Shown: positions 9,144 to 18,572 of the stretch, in pieces
How positions within the stretch are numbered: the first letter of the stretch is position 1
Layout of the letters: each line of letters begins with the position of its first letter
Source: Candidatus Choladousia intestinipullorum
Lineage (GTDB): Bacteria; Bacillota; Clostridia; Lachnospirales; Lachnospiraceae
Assembly: GCA_018711885.1 (NCBI GenBank)
Contig: DVHT01000045.1
Span: 1-41,213 of the forward strand
DNA length: 41,213 bases
Direction of reading: 5' to 3'
Made by a program: the position numbers and the translations under genes
The notes under the pieces: model-generated
Told to the model about the DNA's origin: nothing
Databases searched by the model: none
Seen by the model: only the letters and a program-made list of their open reading frames with translations

Positions 9144-10094
9144 TCATTCCTGCTTTCCCGAATTTTTCATTAAGCTGTTCTGTACGCGGTTGTAGAGTTC
9201 CTTTGCCGCATTGTACCCCATCTTTTTCTGACGGTGGTTGACTGCTGCGGATTCTACGATGACCGCAAGGTTACGGCCAGGCCGGATCGGAAGCGAATGG
9301 CAGACGACGCGGTTGCCGAGGAACTCCGTATACTCTTCCTCCAGGCCGAGGCGGTCGTACTCCTTATCTCTGTCCCACTCTTCCAGCTTGATGACCAGAT
9401 CGATCGACTGTGTATTTTTTACACTCTCCACACCGAACAGCGTCTTTACATCAATGATCCCGATACCTCTCAGCTCGATAAAATGCCTTGTGATATCAGG
9501 CGCCGTGCCGATCAGCGTCTCGTCACTGACCTTGCGTATCTCCACAACATCGTCCGTGACAAGCCGGTGCCCTCTCTTGATCAGTTCCAGCGCAGCCTCG
9601 CTCTTTCCGATGCCGCTCTCTCCCATGATCAGAATGCCTTCGCCGTACACATCGACAAGTACGCCGTGAATAGAGATGCACGGAGCGAGCTCAACATTCA
9701 GCCAGCGGATGATCTCAGCCATAAAATCAGAGGTAGTGACCTTTGTCACAAAGATCGGCACCTCGTATTTCTTTGCCAGACGCAGCATGTCCTCATCCGG
9801 TTCCGTCATCGTCGTGTAGATGACACACGGCACCCGGTAGGACAGAAACTTGTCATATACGGGCAGCTTCTTTTCTCTCGGCAGATTCTCCAGATAAGTG
9901 TACTCCACGTACCCGATGATCTGCACGCGCTGAGAATAAAAATGGTCAAAATATCCGGTCAGCTGAAGCGCCGGACGGTTGATCTCAGAAGTAACGACCT
10001 TCTTATCCGATATATCGATCTCCGGAGTCAGATTTTTGAGTTTCATCTTATCCACGAGCTTTTCAAGCGTTACGCTGCTCACCATACCTGCCAT
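9144..10094 (-). CDS. hprK: HPr(Ser) kinase/phosphorylase
   Basis: INRPALQL, HGVLVDVYG, GESGIGKSE, LVTDD, IELRGIGII, PGRNLA. Confidence 0.97.
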   Translation of the reverse strand: MAGMVSSVTLEKLVDKMKLKNLTPEIDISDKKVVTSEINRPALQLTGYFDHFYSQRVQIIGYVEYTYLENLPREKKLPVYDKFLSYRVPCVIYTTMTEPDEDMLRLAKKYEVPIFVTKVTTSDFMAEIIRWLNVELAPCISIHGVLVDVYGEGILIMGESGIGKSEAALELIKRGHRLVTDDVVEIRKVSDETLIGTAPDITRHFIELRGIGIIDVKTLFGVESVKNTQSIDLVIKLEEWDRDKEYDRLGLEEEYTEFLGNRVVCHSLPIRPGRNLAVIVESAAVNHRQKKMGYNAAKELYNRVQNSLMKNSGKQE

Positions 10095-10125
10095 TTCAAA
10101 AACCTCCTGATGTATTCTTCTCTCT

Positions 10126-10154
10126 ATTATAATAATTCTCTATCCCTTTGTCCA
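10126..10154 (-). promoter_or_regulatory. sigma-A promoter for hprK-glcK
   Basis: TGGACA-17 bp-TATAAT. Confidence 0.65.
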
Positions 10155-10174
10155 GCGATTACGGAGCCTTTCTT

Positions 10175-12073
10175 TTAATCCTCCTCCGTCACCGTCATTT
10201 TTTCCGGCAGATCCGGCGAATGGAAAAAGTCGTAGACCTGCTGCGCGCTGCGGGCGTTCATAGACGGTGCATGAGAAAGCTGCTCAAGCGTCGCGTCACG
10301 GATCGCCTCAGGAGATTTGAAAGTGCGCAGCAGCGCCTTTCTCCTCGCCGGTCCGATGCCCGGAATATCGTCTAAAATAGAATGCACCTGCTGCTTGCTG
10401 CGCAGACTCCGGTGATACTCGATCGCAAACCGGTGCGCCTCATCCTGAATCCTTGTCACGAGCTTAAAGGCTTCTGAATGTACGTCGATCGGCAGTTCTT
10501 CATTATTAAAGTAAATGCCCCGCGTCCGGTGAAAATCATCCTTCACCATCCCGCACACAGGGATAGAAATCCCGAGACGCTCCAGTACCCCCAGCGCGAT
10601 ATTGACCTGCCCGCGCCCTCCGTCCATCATCAGCAGATCGGGGAATCGGCTGAAACTTCCCATCTCATTGCCGAGCCCTTTTTGGGCAAGCTCTTCCCGC
10701 TCTTGTAATCCATGCGTAAACCTGCGGGTAAGTACCTCCTCCATACTGGCATAATCATTCGGCCCCTGGACGCTTTTGATCTTAAATTTGCGGTAATCAC
10801 TGCGCTTCGGCTTTCCTTTTTCATATACGATCATCGATCCTACCGACTCAAATCCGTTGATATTCGAGATATCAAAGGCCTCCATCCGCATTGCGCGCTC
10901 GATCCCGAGCAGTTTTTCAATCTCGTGTACCGCCCCGATCGTCCTTCCCTCTTCACGCTTGATCCGCTCCCGGTCCTGCCGCAGTACGATCGAAGCGTTT
11001 TCATGTGCCATCTCCACGAGTTTTTCTTTTGTTCCTTTTTTCGGAACACGCAGATATACGCGCTGTCCGCGTTTTTCACCGAGCCATGTCTCTATGATAT
11101 CCTGTTCCTCGATCTCTGTCTCCAGCATCAGTTCCCGCGGCACAAACGGCGTCCCGGCATAATACTGCTTGATAAAGCTTCCCAGGATGACGGACTTCGG
11201 ATCGTGCGGCGCCACTCTTAAATAGAAGTGTTCGCGTCCGATCATCTTGCCTCCGCGGATAAAGAAGACCTGCACGACTGCGTCCGAACCGTCGACTGCC
11301 AGCGCAAGGACGTCTTTGTCTTCCCCGTCCCCGTGCGTGATCTTCTGGCGCTGTGCGACCTGATTGATGCTGTTGATCAGATCCCGGCACTCCGCTGCCG
11401 TTTCAAATTCCATCTGTTCGGCCGCCTCTTCCATCTTCTTCTGCAGCATCTCCAGCACAGGCGCATGATTCCCGTTCAGAAACTCCAGCGCTTCATCGAT
11501 AGATTTCCGGTACTCTTCTTTGCTGATCTTTCCCTGGCAAGGAGCATTGCACTGCCCGATATGGTAATACAGACACGGGCGTTCCTTTCCGATATCCCTC
11601 GGCAGATTTCTCTGGCAGCTTCTCAGTTTGTACAGCTTCTTGATCAGGTCGATCGTATCCTTGACTGCTCCCGCGCTCGTGTACGGTCCGAAATACCGTG
11701 ACTTGTCCTTTTTCATCCTGCGCGCAAAAAGTACCCTCGGGAATTCCTCCCCAAGGGTTACTTTGATAAAAGGATAGCTCTTGTCGTCTTTGAGCATGGT
11801 ATTGTATTTCGGACGGTGTTCTTTGATCAGATTGCACTCCAGTACGAGCGCTTCCAGCTCGGAATCCGTCACGATATATTCAAACCGTCGGATCCTCTCT
11901 ACCATCTGCTCGATCTTGACGCTTTTATTCCGGCTGCTCTGAAAATACTGCCGCACACGGTTTTTCAGGCTGATCGCCTTTCCTACGTATATGATCTCAT
12001 CGCGCTCGTCGTGCATAATATACACACCGGGACGGGCCGGCAGCTTTTTCAGTTCTTCTTCTATATTGAACAT
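10175..12073 (-). CDS. uvrC: Excinuclease ABC subunit C
   Basis: GIY-YIG (PGVY..IIYVGKA..RVRQYF), UVR domain, [25 protein letters not shown], HhH IPGIG. Start moved to ATG 12073 because a promoter lies in the longer ORF extension. Confidence 0.96.
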   Translation of the reverse strand: MFNIEEELKKLPARPGVYIMHDERDEIIYVGKAISLKNRVRQYFQSSRNKSVKIEQMVERIRRFEYIVTDSELEALVLECNLIKEHRPKYNTMLKDDKSYPFIKVTLGEEFPRVLFARRMKKDKSRYFGPYTSAGAVKDTIDLIKKLYKLRSCQRNLPRDIGKERPCLYYHIGQCNAPCQGKISKEEYRKSIDEALEFLNGNHAPVLEMLQKKMEEAAEQMEFETAAECRDLINSINQVAQRQKITHGDGEDKDVLALAVDGSDAVVQVFFIRGGKMIGREHFYLRVAPHDPKSVILGSFIKQYYAGTPFVPRELMLETEIEEQDIIETWLGEKRGQRVYLRVPKKGTKEKLVEMAHENASIVLRQDRERIKREEGRTIGAVHEIEKLLGIERAMRMEAFDISNINGFESVGSMIVYEKGKPKRSDYRKFKIKSVQGPNDYASMEEVLTRRFTHGLQEREELAQKGLGNEMGSFSRFPDLLMMDGGRGQVNIALGVLERLGISIPVCGMVKDDFHRTRGIYFNNEELPIDVHSEAFKLVTRIQDEAHRFAIEYHRSLRSKQQVHSILDDIPGIGPARRKALLRTFKSPEAIRDATLEQLSHAPSMNARSAQQVYDFFHSPDLPEKMTVTEED

Positions 12074-12151
12074 TCCGAATATCCTCTCCCATACTGCTGT
12101 CCTGCAGGCAACCGAAGCACCTGTGTCTGACGCGGTAAATCTTCCTGCAAT

Positions 12152-12180
12152 ATTATAGCGTCTTTTCATCGGAATGTAAA
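12152..12180 (-). promoter_or_regulatory. sigma-A promoter for uvrC
   Basis: TTTACA-17 bp-TATAAT. Confidence 0.65.
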
Positions 12181-12201
12181 ACAGATTGTTTCAGTCAGAT
12201 C

Positions 12202-12747
12202 CTACCAGAGCTCCAGTTTCTCGTAATTATCAGGATGGATCCTGATCTCGATCTCGCTGTAAGAGCGGAAATCGTACGTGCTGAATTTTCCTTCCTTCAA
12301 TTCTTCCAGGAACTGGTCTCGCACACTGACCGCCATCCGCATCTGCTCTTCAAACCCCATGCTGCCATGCTGACACACATTGACCACAGCCTCTTTCCAT
12401 GTCCCGTTTCCGGTGTGCTGATACTCCTCTGTCGGACCGAGCTCAGCCTCTCCGAACGCTTCGCTGCACGTAATGTCAAACCACACCTCATCCCTTGGCA
12501 CGGTACGGTCTTCGGTCACTTCGACGTCATAATTGTCCCAGTAAAAATACGGATGGAGCTGCTCATATTCCCCGGCATCAACCTCCCATATGAGTCTCTG
12601 CGTCTTCTTTTCTTCTCCGGCAAGCTCTACATGGCCTTCATATTCCAGACCGCTGTATTCTGCAAATCCGATCCCGGTCCCGAGCCCGCCAAGAAAGATG
12701 CCAAGCAGGATCAGTACAACCATACATTTTCTGAATCTCACGATCAT
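12202..12747 (-). CDS. Hypothetical membrane-anchored/exported protein, third gene of the PadR operon
   Basis: N-terminal hydrophobic Gly-rich helix, acidic remainder, SD AAGGGAGGG. The true start may be GTG 12741. Confidence 0.75.
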   Translation of the reverse strand: MIVRFRKCMVVLILLGIFLGGLGTGIGFAEYSGLEYEGHVELAGEEKKTQRLIWEVDAGEYEQLHPYFYWDNYDVEVTEDRTVPRDEVWFDITCSEAFGEAELGPTEEYQHTGNGTWKEAVVNVCQHGSMGFEEQMRMAVSVRDQFLEELKEGKFSTYDFRSYSEIEIRIHPDNYEKLELW

Positions 12748-12754
12748 CCCTCCC

Positions 12755-13621
12755 TTATCCTTCTATAGACGGCGTATTGCCGGATATCCTGTTCTTTCTT
12801 TTGAATACAAAACTGAGCAAAAGCCCCGTAACGCCGAATGCGGCAAGCACGATGCCGAACGATCCGACGCCGATCCCGACGACCGGATACCCCTGTATGA
12901 TCAGCACCAGGACCACTCCGGTCAGAAACAGGAAACACAGTCCGAGCAGAATTACCGGACAGGCCAGGAGAATCAGGGCCGCCCGTACAAACAGTACGCA
13001 GCAGAATTTCACGGCACTCATCAGTCCGCCGGAAATGCGTCTGAGTCTTCCTTTGCCCCGTTTTGCGCGCCCTGCTTCCAGCCTCCGCTCCTGCCCGGAG
13101 ACGTTCTCTTGCGCGGAGTGTTTCCCGGTCAGCCTGCCAAACATCCTTCCGACGCCTCCTGCCGCCTTTTGAACGGTATCCCGCACAAACAGAAACATTC
13201 TCCGGATGAAGTGCCAGATCCCGAGCAGTATGCGCCGCACCGTTCCGACTGCCGCTTTTCCGGCCGTTCCCGCCATATGTCCGGCACTCTCTGCGGCGTT
13301 TCCGGCTTTCTTTGCCATATTCCCCGCCGCTTCCCGCACTTTATGGGATGTCTGGTTTTCTTTCCGCGTCTTTCTCATTTGTTCCGCCGTTTTTTCCGAT
13401 GCTTCCGCCGCATACTCGGAATTGATGCGGTACGCATCCAGCAGTTCTGCTGCCAGTTCCTCCGGGCTTCCAAAAACTCTGACCGCCTCTTCTTCGCTCA
13501 GCCCGCTCTTGATCTTCAGATTGATATGCTGCGCATACTCCTCCAGCACATCCTTCCGCTCCTGCTCATTTAATACATGCAGCCGCTTTTCCAGCTCCTG
13601 CAGAAATTCCGTTTTATTCAT
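12755..13621 (-). CDS. DUF1700 (HAAS-domain) membrane protein
   Basis: MNKTEFLQELEKRL..LNEQERKDVLEEY..GLSEEEAV..FGSPEELA and C-terminal TM helices. Start overlaps the padR stop. Confidence 0.85.
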   Translation of the reverse strand: MNKTEFLQELEKRLHVLNEQERKDVLEEYAQHINLKIKSGLSEEEAVRVFGSPEELAAELLDAYRINSEYAAEASEKTAEQMRKTRKENQTSHKVREAAGNMAKKAGNAAESAGHMAGTAGKAAVGTVRRILLGIWHFIRRMFLFVRDTVQKAAGGVGRMFGRLTGKHSAQENVSGQERRLEAGRAKRGKGRLRRISGGLMSAVKFCCVLFVRAALILLACPVILLGLCFLFLTGVVLVLIIQGYPVVGIGVGSFGIVLAAFGVTGLLLSFVFKRKNRISGNTPSIEG

Positions 13622-13934
13622 CGCTTTTCCCCTCCAAAAAATCATTTACATTCTTCCAGAAACCGTGCCACTCATTTACCAGCTGTTCCCGGTAAAGCAC
13701 TCCTGCCGCTGTGAGGTGGTAATACTTACGCGGCGGCCCCTCGGAAGATTCACGCAGATACGTTTCGAAGTAGTGTTCATTCGTGAGCCGTTTCAGCAGC
13801 GGATAGATCGTTCCCTCATTCACATCAATCACCTGGGAAACCTCCGCCACAAGCTCATACCCGTACATATCCTTCCTGCTGACCGCTACAAGCACGATCA
13901 TTTCAAGGACTCCCTTTTTAAATTGAGGATTCAT
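13614..13934 (-). CDS. PadR family transcriptional regulator
   Basis: QFKKGVLE, MYGYEL, EGTIYPLLKRL, GPPRKYYHLT. Confidence 0.95.
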   Translation of the reverse strand: MNPQFKKGVLEMIVLVAVSRKDMYGYELVAEVSQVIDVNEGTIYPLLKRLTNEHYFETYLRESSEGPPRKYYHLTAAGVLYREQLVNEWHGFWKNVNDFLEGKSDE

Positions 13935-13988
13935 CGTTTTCCTCCTCTCACCCCGGTCGCAGACCCGAAATATGGATTTGTTGTAGAT

Positions 13989-14021
13989 ATATTATACCAA
14001 GTACCTTGCATTGTCAAGTAC
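13989..14021 (-). promoter_or_regulatory. padR promoter with overlapping inverted repeat (putative PadR operator)
   Basis: TTGACA plus TGGTATAAT (15-bp spacer) or TAATAT (17-bp spacer). GTACCTTG-cattgt-CAAGTAC at 14001-14021 covers the -35. Confidence 0.65.
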
Positions 14022-14135
14022 CGTGAAAAAAATAATAGCTGCTGTTGTTTTTCTTTTCTCTTTCTTTAGATTTCTTTCAGCTTTCAGTCACCGTTTATAC
14101 ACATTTTACCAGTATACTCTAAGCATAAATTAAAT

Positions 14136-14300
14136 GAAGTCACGACAGTACATGGCGCGTCTGTACAGGGAGTGGCTTCGCCAAACAACTATCTTAATTT
14201 CGGTTAAGTTTTCATACATTTTTCTCTTTCCTTTGCCCCTTCGGGGGCACCAAAACTCCGGGGCACCGCATCAGCTTACGCTGAACGATGCCCCGTTTAC
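14136..14300 (+). ncRNA. Candidate structured small RNA (strand uncertain)
   Basis: Four consecutive hairpins, two with TTCG loops, and a CU-rich single-stranded tract in an intergenic region. Confidence 0.45.
14259..14295. terminator. Hairpin after greA, possibly a bidirectional terminator
   Basis: CGGGGCA..TCAGC-TTAC-GCTGA..TGCCCCG, with short T tracts on both strands. Confidence 0.6.
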
Positions 14301-14304
14301 TATT

Positions 14305-14808
14305 TCAGAAGGATCTCAGTTTATCCTGACTGTCATCCGTCGTATTCTCGACAGACCTGATCTGTACGTAATACCCATACTGTTCGTTCACTTTAATGTA
14401 TACCCGGTCTCCCGCCTTGTGGCCCATCAGTGCTTTGCCGAGCGGAGACTCGATACTGATCAGTCCGCGGATCGAATTTCCGCGCACGGTCGTCACCAGA
14501 CGGTACGTCTCTGTCTCATCGTCCTCCTCAAAATAAACGGTGACCGTGTTATTGATCCCGACCTCATCTTCTTTTGAGTTGTCCGAGATGACGTTTGCCG
14601 TCTTCAGCATCCGCTCCAGATACCGGATCCGGCTCTCATTTTTATTTTTGTCTTTCTTTGCCGCGTAATACTCAAAGTTCTCGCTCAGATCTCCGTGGGA
14701 ACGCGCTTCTTTTACAGCCTCAATGGCCTCCTTGCGCACCACCAGCTTACGGTACTCGATCTCCTCTTCGATCTTCTTGACGTCACTCGGCGTCAGTTTA
14801 TCGTACAT
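14305..14808 (-). CDS. greA: Transcription elongation factor GreA family
   Basis: EARSHGDLSENFEY and ISIESPLGKALMG. ATG 14808 chosen as start. Confidence 0.92.
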   Translation of the reverse strand: MYDKLTPSDVKKIEEEIEYRKLVVRKEAIEAVKEARSHGDLSENFEYYAAKKDKNKNESRIRYLERMLKTANVISDNSKEDEVGINNTVTVYFEEDDETETYRLVTTVRGNSIRGLISIESPLGKALMGHKAGDRVYIKVNEQYGYYVQIRSVENTTDDSQDKLRSF

Positions 14809-14846
14809 CCCCTGTCCCTGCCTTTCCAATCACAGAAGTAGTAGCG

Positions 14847-15275
14847 TCAGCCATCAATCAAATTGATCCTGTTCTGATGGCGCGCGGCTCCCGAAAACGG
14901 TGTATTCAGGAACGTATCTACGATCTTGACCGCAAGCCCCGGGCCAACGACTCTTCCGCCAAGTGCAAGAATGTTTGCATCGTTGTGCTGTCTCGTTGCC
15001 TCTGCGCAGAAACAGTCCGTGCAGAGAGCAGCGCGGATTCCGGGAACCCGGTTTGCCGCAATCGAAATACCGATCCCGGTGCCGCAGATCAGGATACCTT
15101 TCTCGCATGTCCCGTCTTTGATCGCAGAAGTAACCTTCCGCGCATATACCGGATAATCGACCGCCTCCGTGCTGTCGCATCCGAAGTCTTTGTATTCCAG
15201 TCCCTTTTCATCCAGATATTTTAAAATCTCCAGCTTTAATTCATAACCGCCATGATCACATGCAATCGCTATCAT
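14847..15275 (-). CDS. rpiB: Ribose-5-phosphate isomerase B
   Basis: IACDHGG, VDYP, ICGTGIGISIAAN, HNDAN, RHQNR. Confidence 0.95.
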   Translation of the reverse strand: MIAIACDHGGYELKLEILKYLDEKGLEYKDFGCDSTEAVDYPVYARKVTSAIKDGTCEKGILICGTGIGISIAANRVPGIRAALCTDCFCAEATRQHNDANILALGGRVVGPGLAVKIVDTFLNTPFSGAARHQNRINLIDG

Positions 15276-15299
15276 TTGATTTTCTCCTTTCCTACCGGT

Positions 15300-15980
15300 T
15301 CAGTCCGTCTCCCAGACTGTATATTCTCTCATAATCGCAAGCAGCTCTTTTGTACGCTCAGCCGTATGCGCTCCGAACACCGCTGAACCTGCGACACAGA
15401 CATTGGCTCCGGCCGCGAGCACCTCCCGGATAGTAGAAGGCTTGATGCCTCCGTCTACCTGAAGGTCCGTCTCAAGGCCAAGCTTTATCAGCCGTCTGCG
15501 AAGTGTCCGGATCTTATCGGTCATCTGGGGGATATAGCTCTGTCCGCCGAATCCCGGATTGACCGTCATGATCAGCACCATGTCAACGTCTTCTATGACA
15601 TGATCAAGGGCAGAAAGCGGTGTGGACGGATTCAGCGCCACCCCTGCCCTGCAGCCGCACGACTTGATCTGCTGGATCACGCGGTGCAGATGCTTTGTCG
15701 CCTCCGCATGAACGGTAATAGAATCCGCTCCGCATGCTTTAAAGTCCTCAATGTAACGTTCCGGCTGTTCGATCATCAGATGAACATCGAACGTGCAGTC
15801 TGTGCAGCGGCGGATCGACTGGATCACCGGCATCCCGAAAGAAATGCTGGGGACAAACATGCCGTCCATTACATCGATGTGCAAAAACCGGGCTCCGGCA
15901 TTTACCGTCTCCCTGATATCATTCTCCAAGTGTCCGAAATCTGCCGCCAGGATGGACGGTGCAAGTATGTTTTTTCTCAT
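15300..15980 (-). CDS. rpe: Ribulose-phosphate 3-epimerase
   Basis: APSILAAD, HIDVMDG, DVHLM, MTVNPGFGGQ, VDGGI, VAGSA. Confidence 0.96.
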   Translation of the reverse strand: MRKNILAPSILAADFGHLENDIRETVNAGARFLHIDVMDGMFVPSISFGMPVIQSIRRCTDCTFDVHLMIEQPERYIEDFKACGADSITVHAEATKHLHRVIQQIKSCGCRAGVALNPSTPLSALDHVIEDVDMVLIMTVNPGFGGQSYIPQMTDKIRTLRRRLIKLGLETDLQVDGGIKPSTIREVLAAGANVCVAGSAVFGAHTAERTKELLAIMREYTVWETD

Positions 15981-16024
15981 GTTTTCCTCCTGTTTTACAG
16001 ATGCTGATCTTCCTGATTCTGTTT

Positions 16025-17557
16025 TTACTGATTATTCACGGCTTTTACAAAACGCTCAAACGCTTCCTTTCCTTCCTCCGTGCGCTTATAAACACCGGCG
16101 TGTTCCAGCACTTTGCTGAACACAAGGCCGACTTCGTCTTCTATGATCTTATCGATCGTCTCTTTTTTGAAGGAACCGTATTTCTCCTTCAGCTCTGCCG
16201 CCCAGTCAGCGTGTTTTCCAAGCTCTTCGTCTTCCGTGATATCGCGTCCTTCCAGCATTGCTTCTTTCAGATGCTCCAGTTCATCCTTCAGTCTGGCCGG
16301 GAGAACTGCCAGTCCCATCACCTCGATCAGACCAATATTCTCTTTTTTGATATGGTGCAGCTCGGCATGCGGGTGGTAGACACCGAGCGGATGCTCTTCT
16401 GTCGTGATATTGTTGCGCAGCACAAGATCCAGTTCAAATTTGTCTCCGCGTTTTCTCGCGATCGGCGTGATCGTATTGTGCGGTTCGCCGTCCGTCTTGG
16501 CAAAAATAAATGCAGCTTCATCCGTATATCCGCGCCATACGCCGAGAATCTTATCCGCCAGTTCTACCAGACGCCGGGTGTTCTCTGATCTTAAGCGGAT
16601 TACAGACATCGGCCATTTTACGATCCCTGCTTCAATGTCCTCAAATCCGGCAAATACGACCGTTTTCTCCACCGGCGCCTTTGCCATCGCAAATTCGTAG
16701 CATCCGCCCTGGAAATGGTCATGGCTCAGAATCGAACCGCCCACGATCGGAAGATCGGCATTGGATCCCACAAAGTAATGCGGAAACTGCTTTACAAAAT
16801 CAAGCAGCTTCGCAAAAGTCGCCCGCTCGATCTTCATCGGTATATGCTCAGAATTAAATACGATGCAGTGCTCATTGTAATATACGTACGGGGAATACTG
16901 AAAACCCCACTGGCTGCCATTGATCGTCACCGGAATGATACGGTGATTCTGACGCGCCGGGTGGTTCAGGCGTCCGGCATATCCTTCATTTTCCTTGCAG
17001 AGAAGACATTTCGGATAGGAGGTCTGCTTTGCAAGCTTGGCAGCTGCGATGGCCTTCGGGTCTTTCTCCGGCTTGGAGAGATTGATCGTGATATCCAGAT
17101 CTCCGTACTCTGTAGGGGATACCCATTTTCTGTCACGCGCGATGCGGTAACGGCGGATATAATCCGTATCCTGGCTGAACTTGTAATAAAAATCAGTCGC
17201 TTTCTTCGGGTCTTCTTCATACAGTTCCCGGAAGCGGCGGATAATATTCGATGGACGGTCCACAAGAAGACTCATCACCTTCGTATCGAACAGATCGCGG
17301 TATCCGACCGTATTCTCCTCCAGAATGCCGTTTTCATACGCATAATCGCAGATATCTCCAAGTATCTGCGGAAGCTCTCCCACAATTCTGCCGTCTCCCG
17401 GCTCATAAGTGCAGATAGATTCCAGCGCCGTTTCCTCCAGCGAATCCATGTGAAGCAGTTCCAGTAAACGGTTTGCCGTATACACCGCGTCCTCGCGCGC
17501 AAGGAGCCCGGTCTCCAGACCGTACTGGACCAGTTTTGCAATACTGCTTTGTATCAT
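16025..17557 (-). CDS. galT: UDP-glucose--hexose-1-phosphate uridylyltransferase (Firmicute type II)
   Basis: ITINLSKPEKDPK, CLLCKENEGY, QYSPY, SHDHFQGG, HHIKKENIGLIEVMG. Start ATG 17557 after SD GAGGAGG. Confidence 0.95.
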   Translation of the reverse strand: MIQSSIAKLVQYGLETGLLAREDAVYTANRLLELLHMDSLEETALESICTYEPGDGRIVGELPQILGDICDYAYENGILEENTVGYRDLFDTKVMSLLVDRPSNIIRRFRELYEEDPKKATDFYYKFSQDTDYIRRYRIARDRKWVSPTEYGDLDITINLSKPEKDPKAIAAAKLAKQTSYPKCLLCKENEGYAGRLNHPARQNHRIIPVTINGSQWGFQYSPYVYYNEHCIVFNSEHIPMKIERATFAKLLDFVKQFPHYFVGSNADLPIVGGSILSHDHFQGGCYEFAMAKAPVEKTVVFAGFEDIEAGIVKWPMSVIRLRSENTRRLVELADKILGVWRGYTDEAAFIFAKTDGEPHNTITPIARKRGDKFELDLVLRNNITTEEHPLGVYHPHAELHHIKKENIGLIEVMGLAVLPARLKDELEHLKEAMLEGRDITEDEELGKHADWAAELKEKYGSFKKETIDKIIEDEVGLVFSKVLEHAGVYKRTEEGKEAFERFVKAVNNQ

Positions 17558-17617
17558 CTCTTTATCCTCCTCGATCTCCGTAACATCAGAAAATATGAAT
17601 ATTTTCCTATTGTTCTT

Positions 17618-17646
17618 ACTATACCATGTCCTCACGCCAACTGCAA
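17618..17646 (-). promoter_or_regulatory. sigma-A promoter for galT-rpe-rpiB-greA
   Basis: TTGCAG-17 bp-TATAGT with TG extension. Confidence 0.65.
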
Positions 17647-17656
17647 TCTGATTTCA

Positions 17657-18011
17657 CCAGTTCCGCCGTCAGGAAAATCCCGGCGGCAGAATGCGCAGGC
17701 TTGCCTGCAGCAGACTGCTGACGGGGCTTTCCTGCGGGGCGGGACGCCCCGTCAGCCGCAGACAAAAGCTGCGTAAGCAGCGGCCAGCCTGCGAAGCAGG
17801 CGGTCTGCGGCCTGACGGCGGAACTGGCGGCGGCAGGCGGTCTGCGGCCTGGCGGCGGAACTGGCGGCGGCAGGCGGTCTGCGGCCTGGCGGCGGAACTG
17901 GCGGCGGCAGGCGGTCTGCGGCCTGACGGCGGAACTGACGGCAGCAGGCAGACAGCCACAGGCGCGGCTAGCGGCATGCAGGCGACGGCCACAGGCGCGG
18001 CTGGCGGAACT
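17657..18011. repeat. GC-rich composite repeat: 4 x 37-bp tandem units, 2 x 34-bp degenerate units, an inverted partial copy and nested hairpins
   Basis: GCAGGCGGTCTGCGGCCTG(A/G)CGGCGGAACTG(G/A)CGGC(G/A) at 17796, 17833, 17870, 17907. 34-mers at 17944 and 17978. 17657-17673 is the reverse complement of 17811-17827. Confidence 0.92.
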
Positions 18012-18016
18012 AAGAG

Positions 18017-18045
18017 TAGACTTTTCCCGCAAACTCTGCTATTCT
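18017..18045 (+). promoter_or_regulatory. sigma-A promoter for the DUF402 gene
   Basis: TAGACT-17 bp-TATTCT with TG extension. Confidence 0.55.
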
Positions 18046-18071
18046 GTTCTTAACAGACAGGAGGGGTACGG

Positions 18072-18560
18072 ATGAATGAACTGAAGCTGTATCGGAAAAG
18101 AATTATCCCGGATGAATGCCTTCTGCTGGAGAATGACAGGATCCTTTATCATGACCGGGAAGTGATCGTCACAAAATGGGATACAATTCGACCTAAAAAA
18201 ACGCTTCACCATGGATACTCCTGCTACTTTCTGGAACGCGGTTTCAAGGTCAGCAAGTTTTATGACCATGAAAATAACCTGATCAGCTGGTACTGTGATA
18301 TCATCGACCATACGTATGACCGTGAAACAAACACGTACGTCGTCACAGACCTGCTCGTGGATGTCATTGTCTACCCCGACGGTTTCGTCCGTGTAGTCGA
18401 TCTCGACGAACTCGCAGACGCAGCTCGCGACAGCCTGATCTCAGCGGAACAGATGCAGCTCGCGTTAAGACGCACGGACAAGCTGCTCTCCCTGATCTAC
18501 AAGGGAGCATTTGAAAAGCTGAAGCAGTACATCGAATCGCGGGAGACACCTTCCCTCTGA
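18072..18560 (+). CDS. DUF402 domain protein (putative nucleoside di/triphosphate phosphatase)
   Basis: WYCDII, TDLLVDVIV, VVDLDEL. Strong SD GGAGGGG. Confidence 0.85.
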   Translation: MNELKLYRKRIIPDECLLLENDRILYHDREVIVTKWDTIRPKKTLHHGYSCYFLERGFKVSKFYDHENNLISWYCDIIDHTYDRETNTYVVTDLLVDVIVYPDGFVRVVDLDELADAARDSLISAEQMQLALRRTDKLLSLIYKGAFEKLKQYIESRETPSL

Positions 18561-18572
18561 AATCTGCGCCAG

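Noticed and set aside
12074-12169. N-terminal extensions given by the ORF track (uvrC; likewise galT, malQ, the permease, tetR, degV and merR)
   Set aside because: Downstream ATGs have better SD sequences, and the extensions overlap promoters or neighbouring genes.
14136-14200. ZTP, fluoride or c-di-GMP riboswitch
   Set aside because: Only fragmentary similarity. The conserved core sequences are absent, and there is no co-oriented downstream gene on the + strand.
14134-14577. 147-aa + strand ORF
   Set aside because: It runs through the hairpin cluster and antisense to greA, has no SD and shows no recognisable motifs.
17796-17943. 37-bp repeats as a CRISPR array
   Set aside because: The units are directly adjacent with no unique spacers, there is no AT-rich leader, and no cas genes are in the window.
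17619-18053. ORFs of 107-137 aa across the GC-rich repeat
   Set aside because: Open frames on both strands follow from the high GC. The 37-bp unit shifts frame each copy, and the ORFs lack an SD and overlap promoters.
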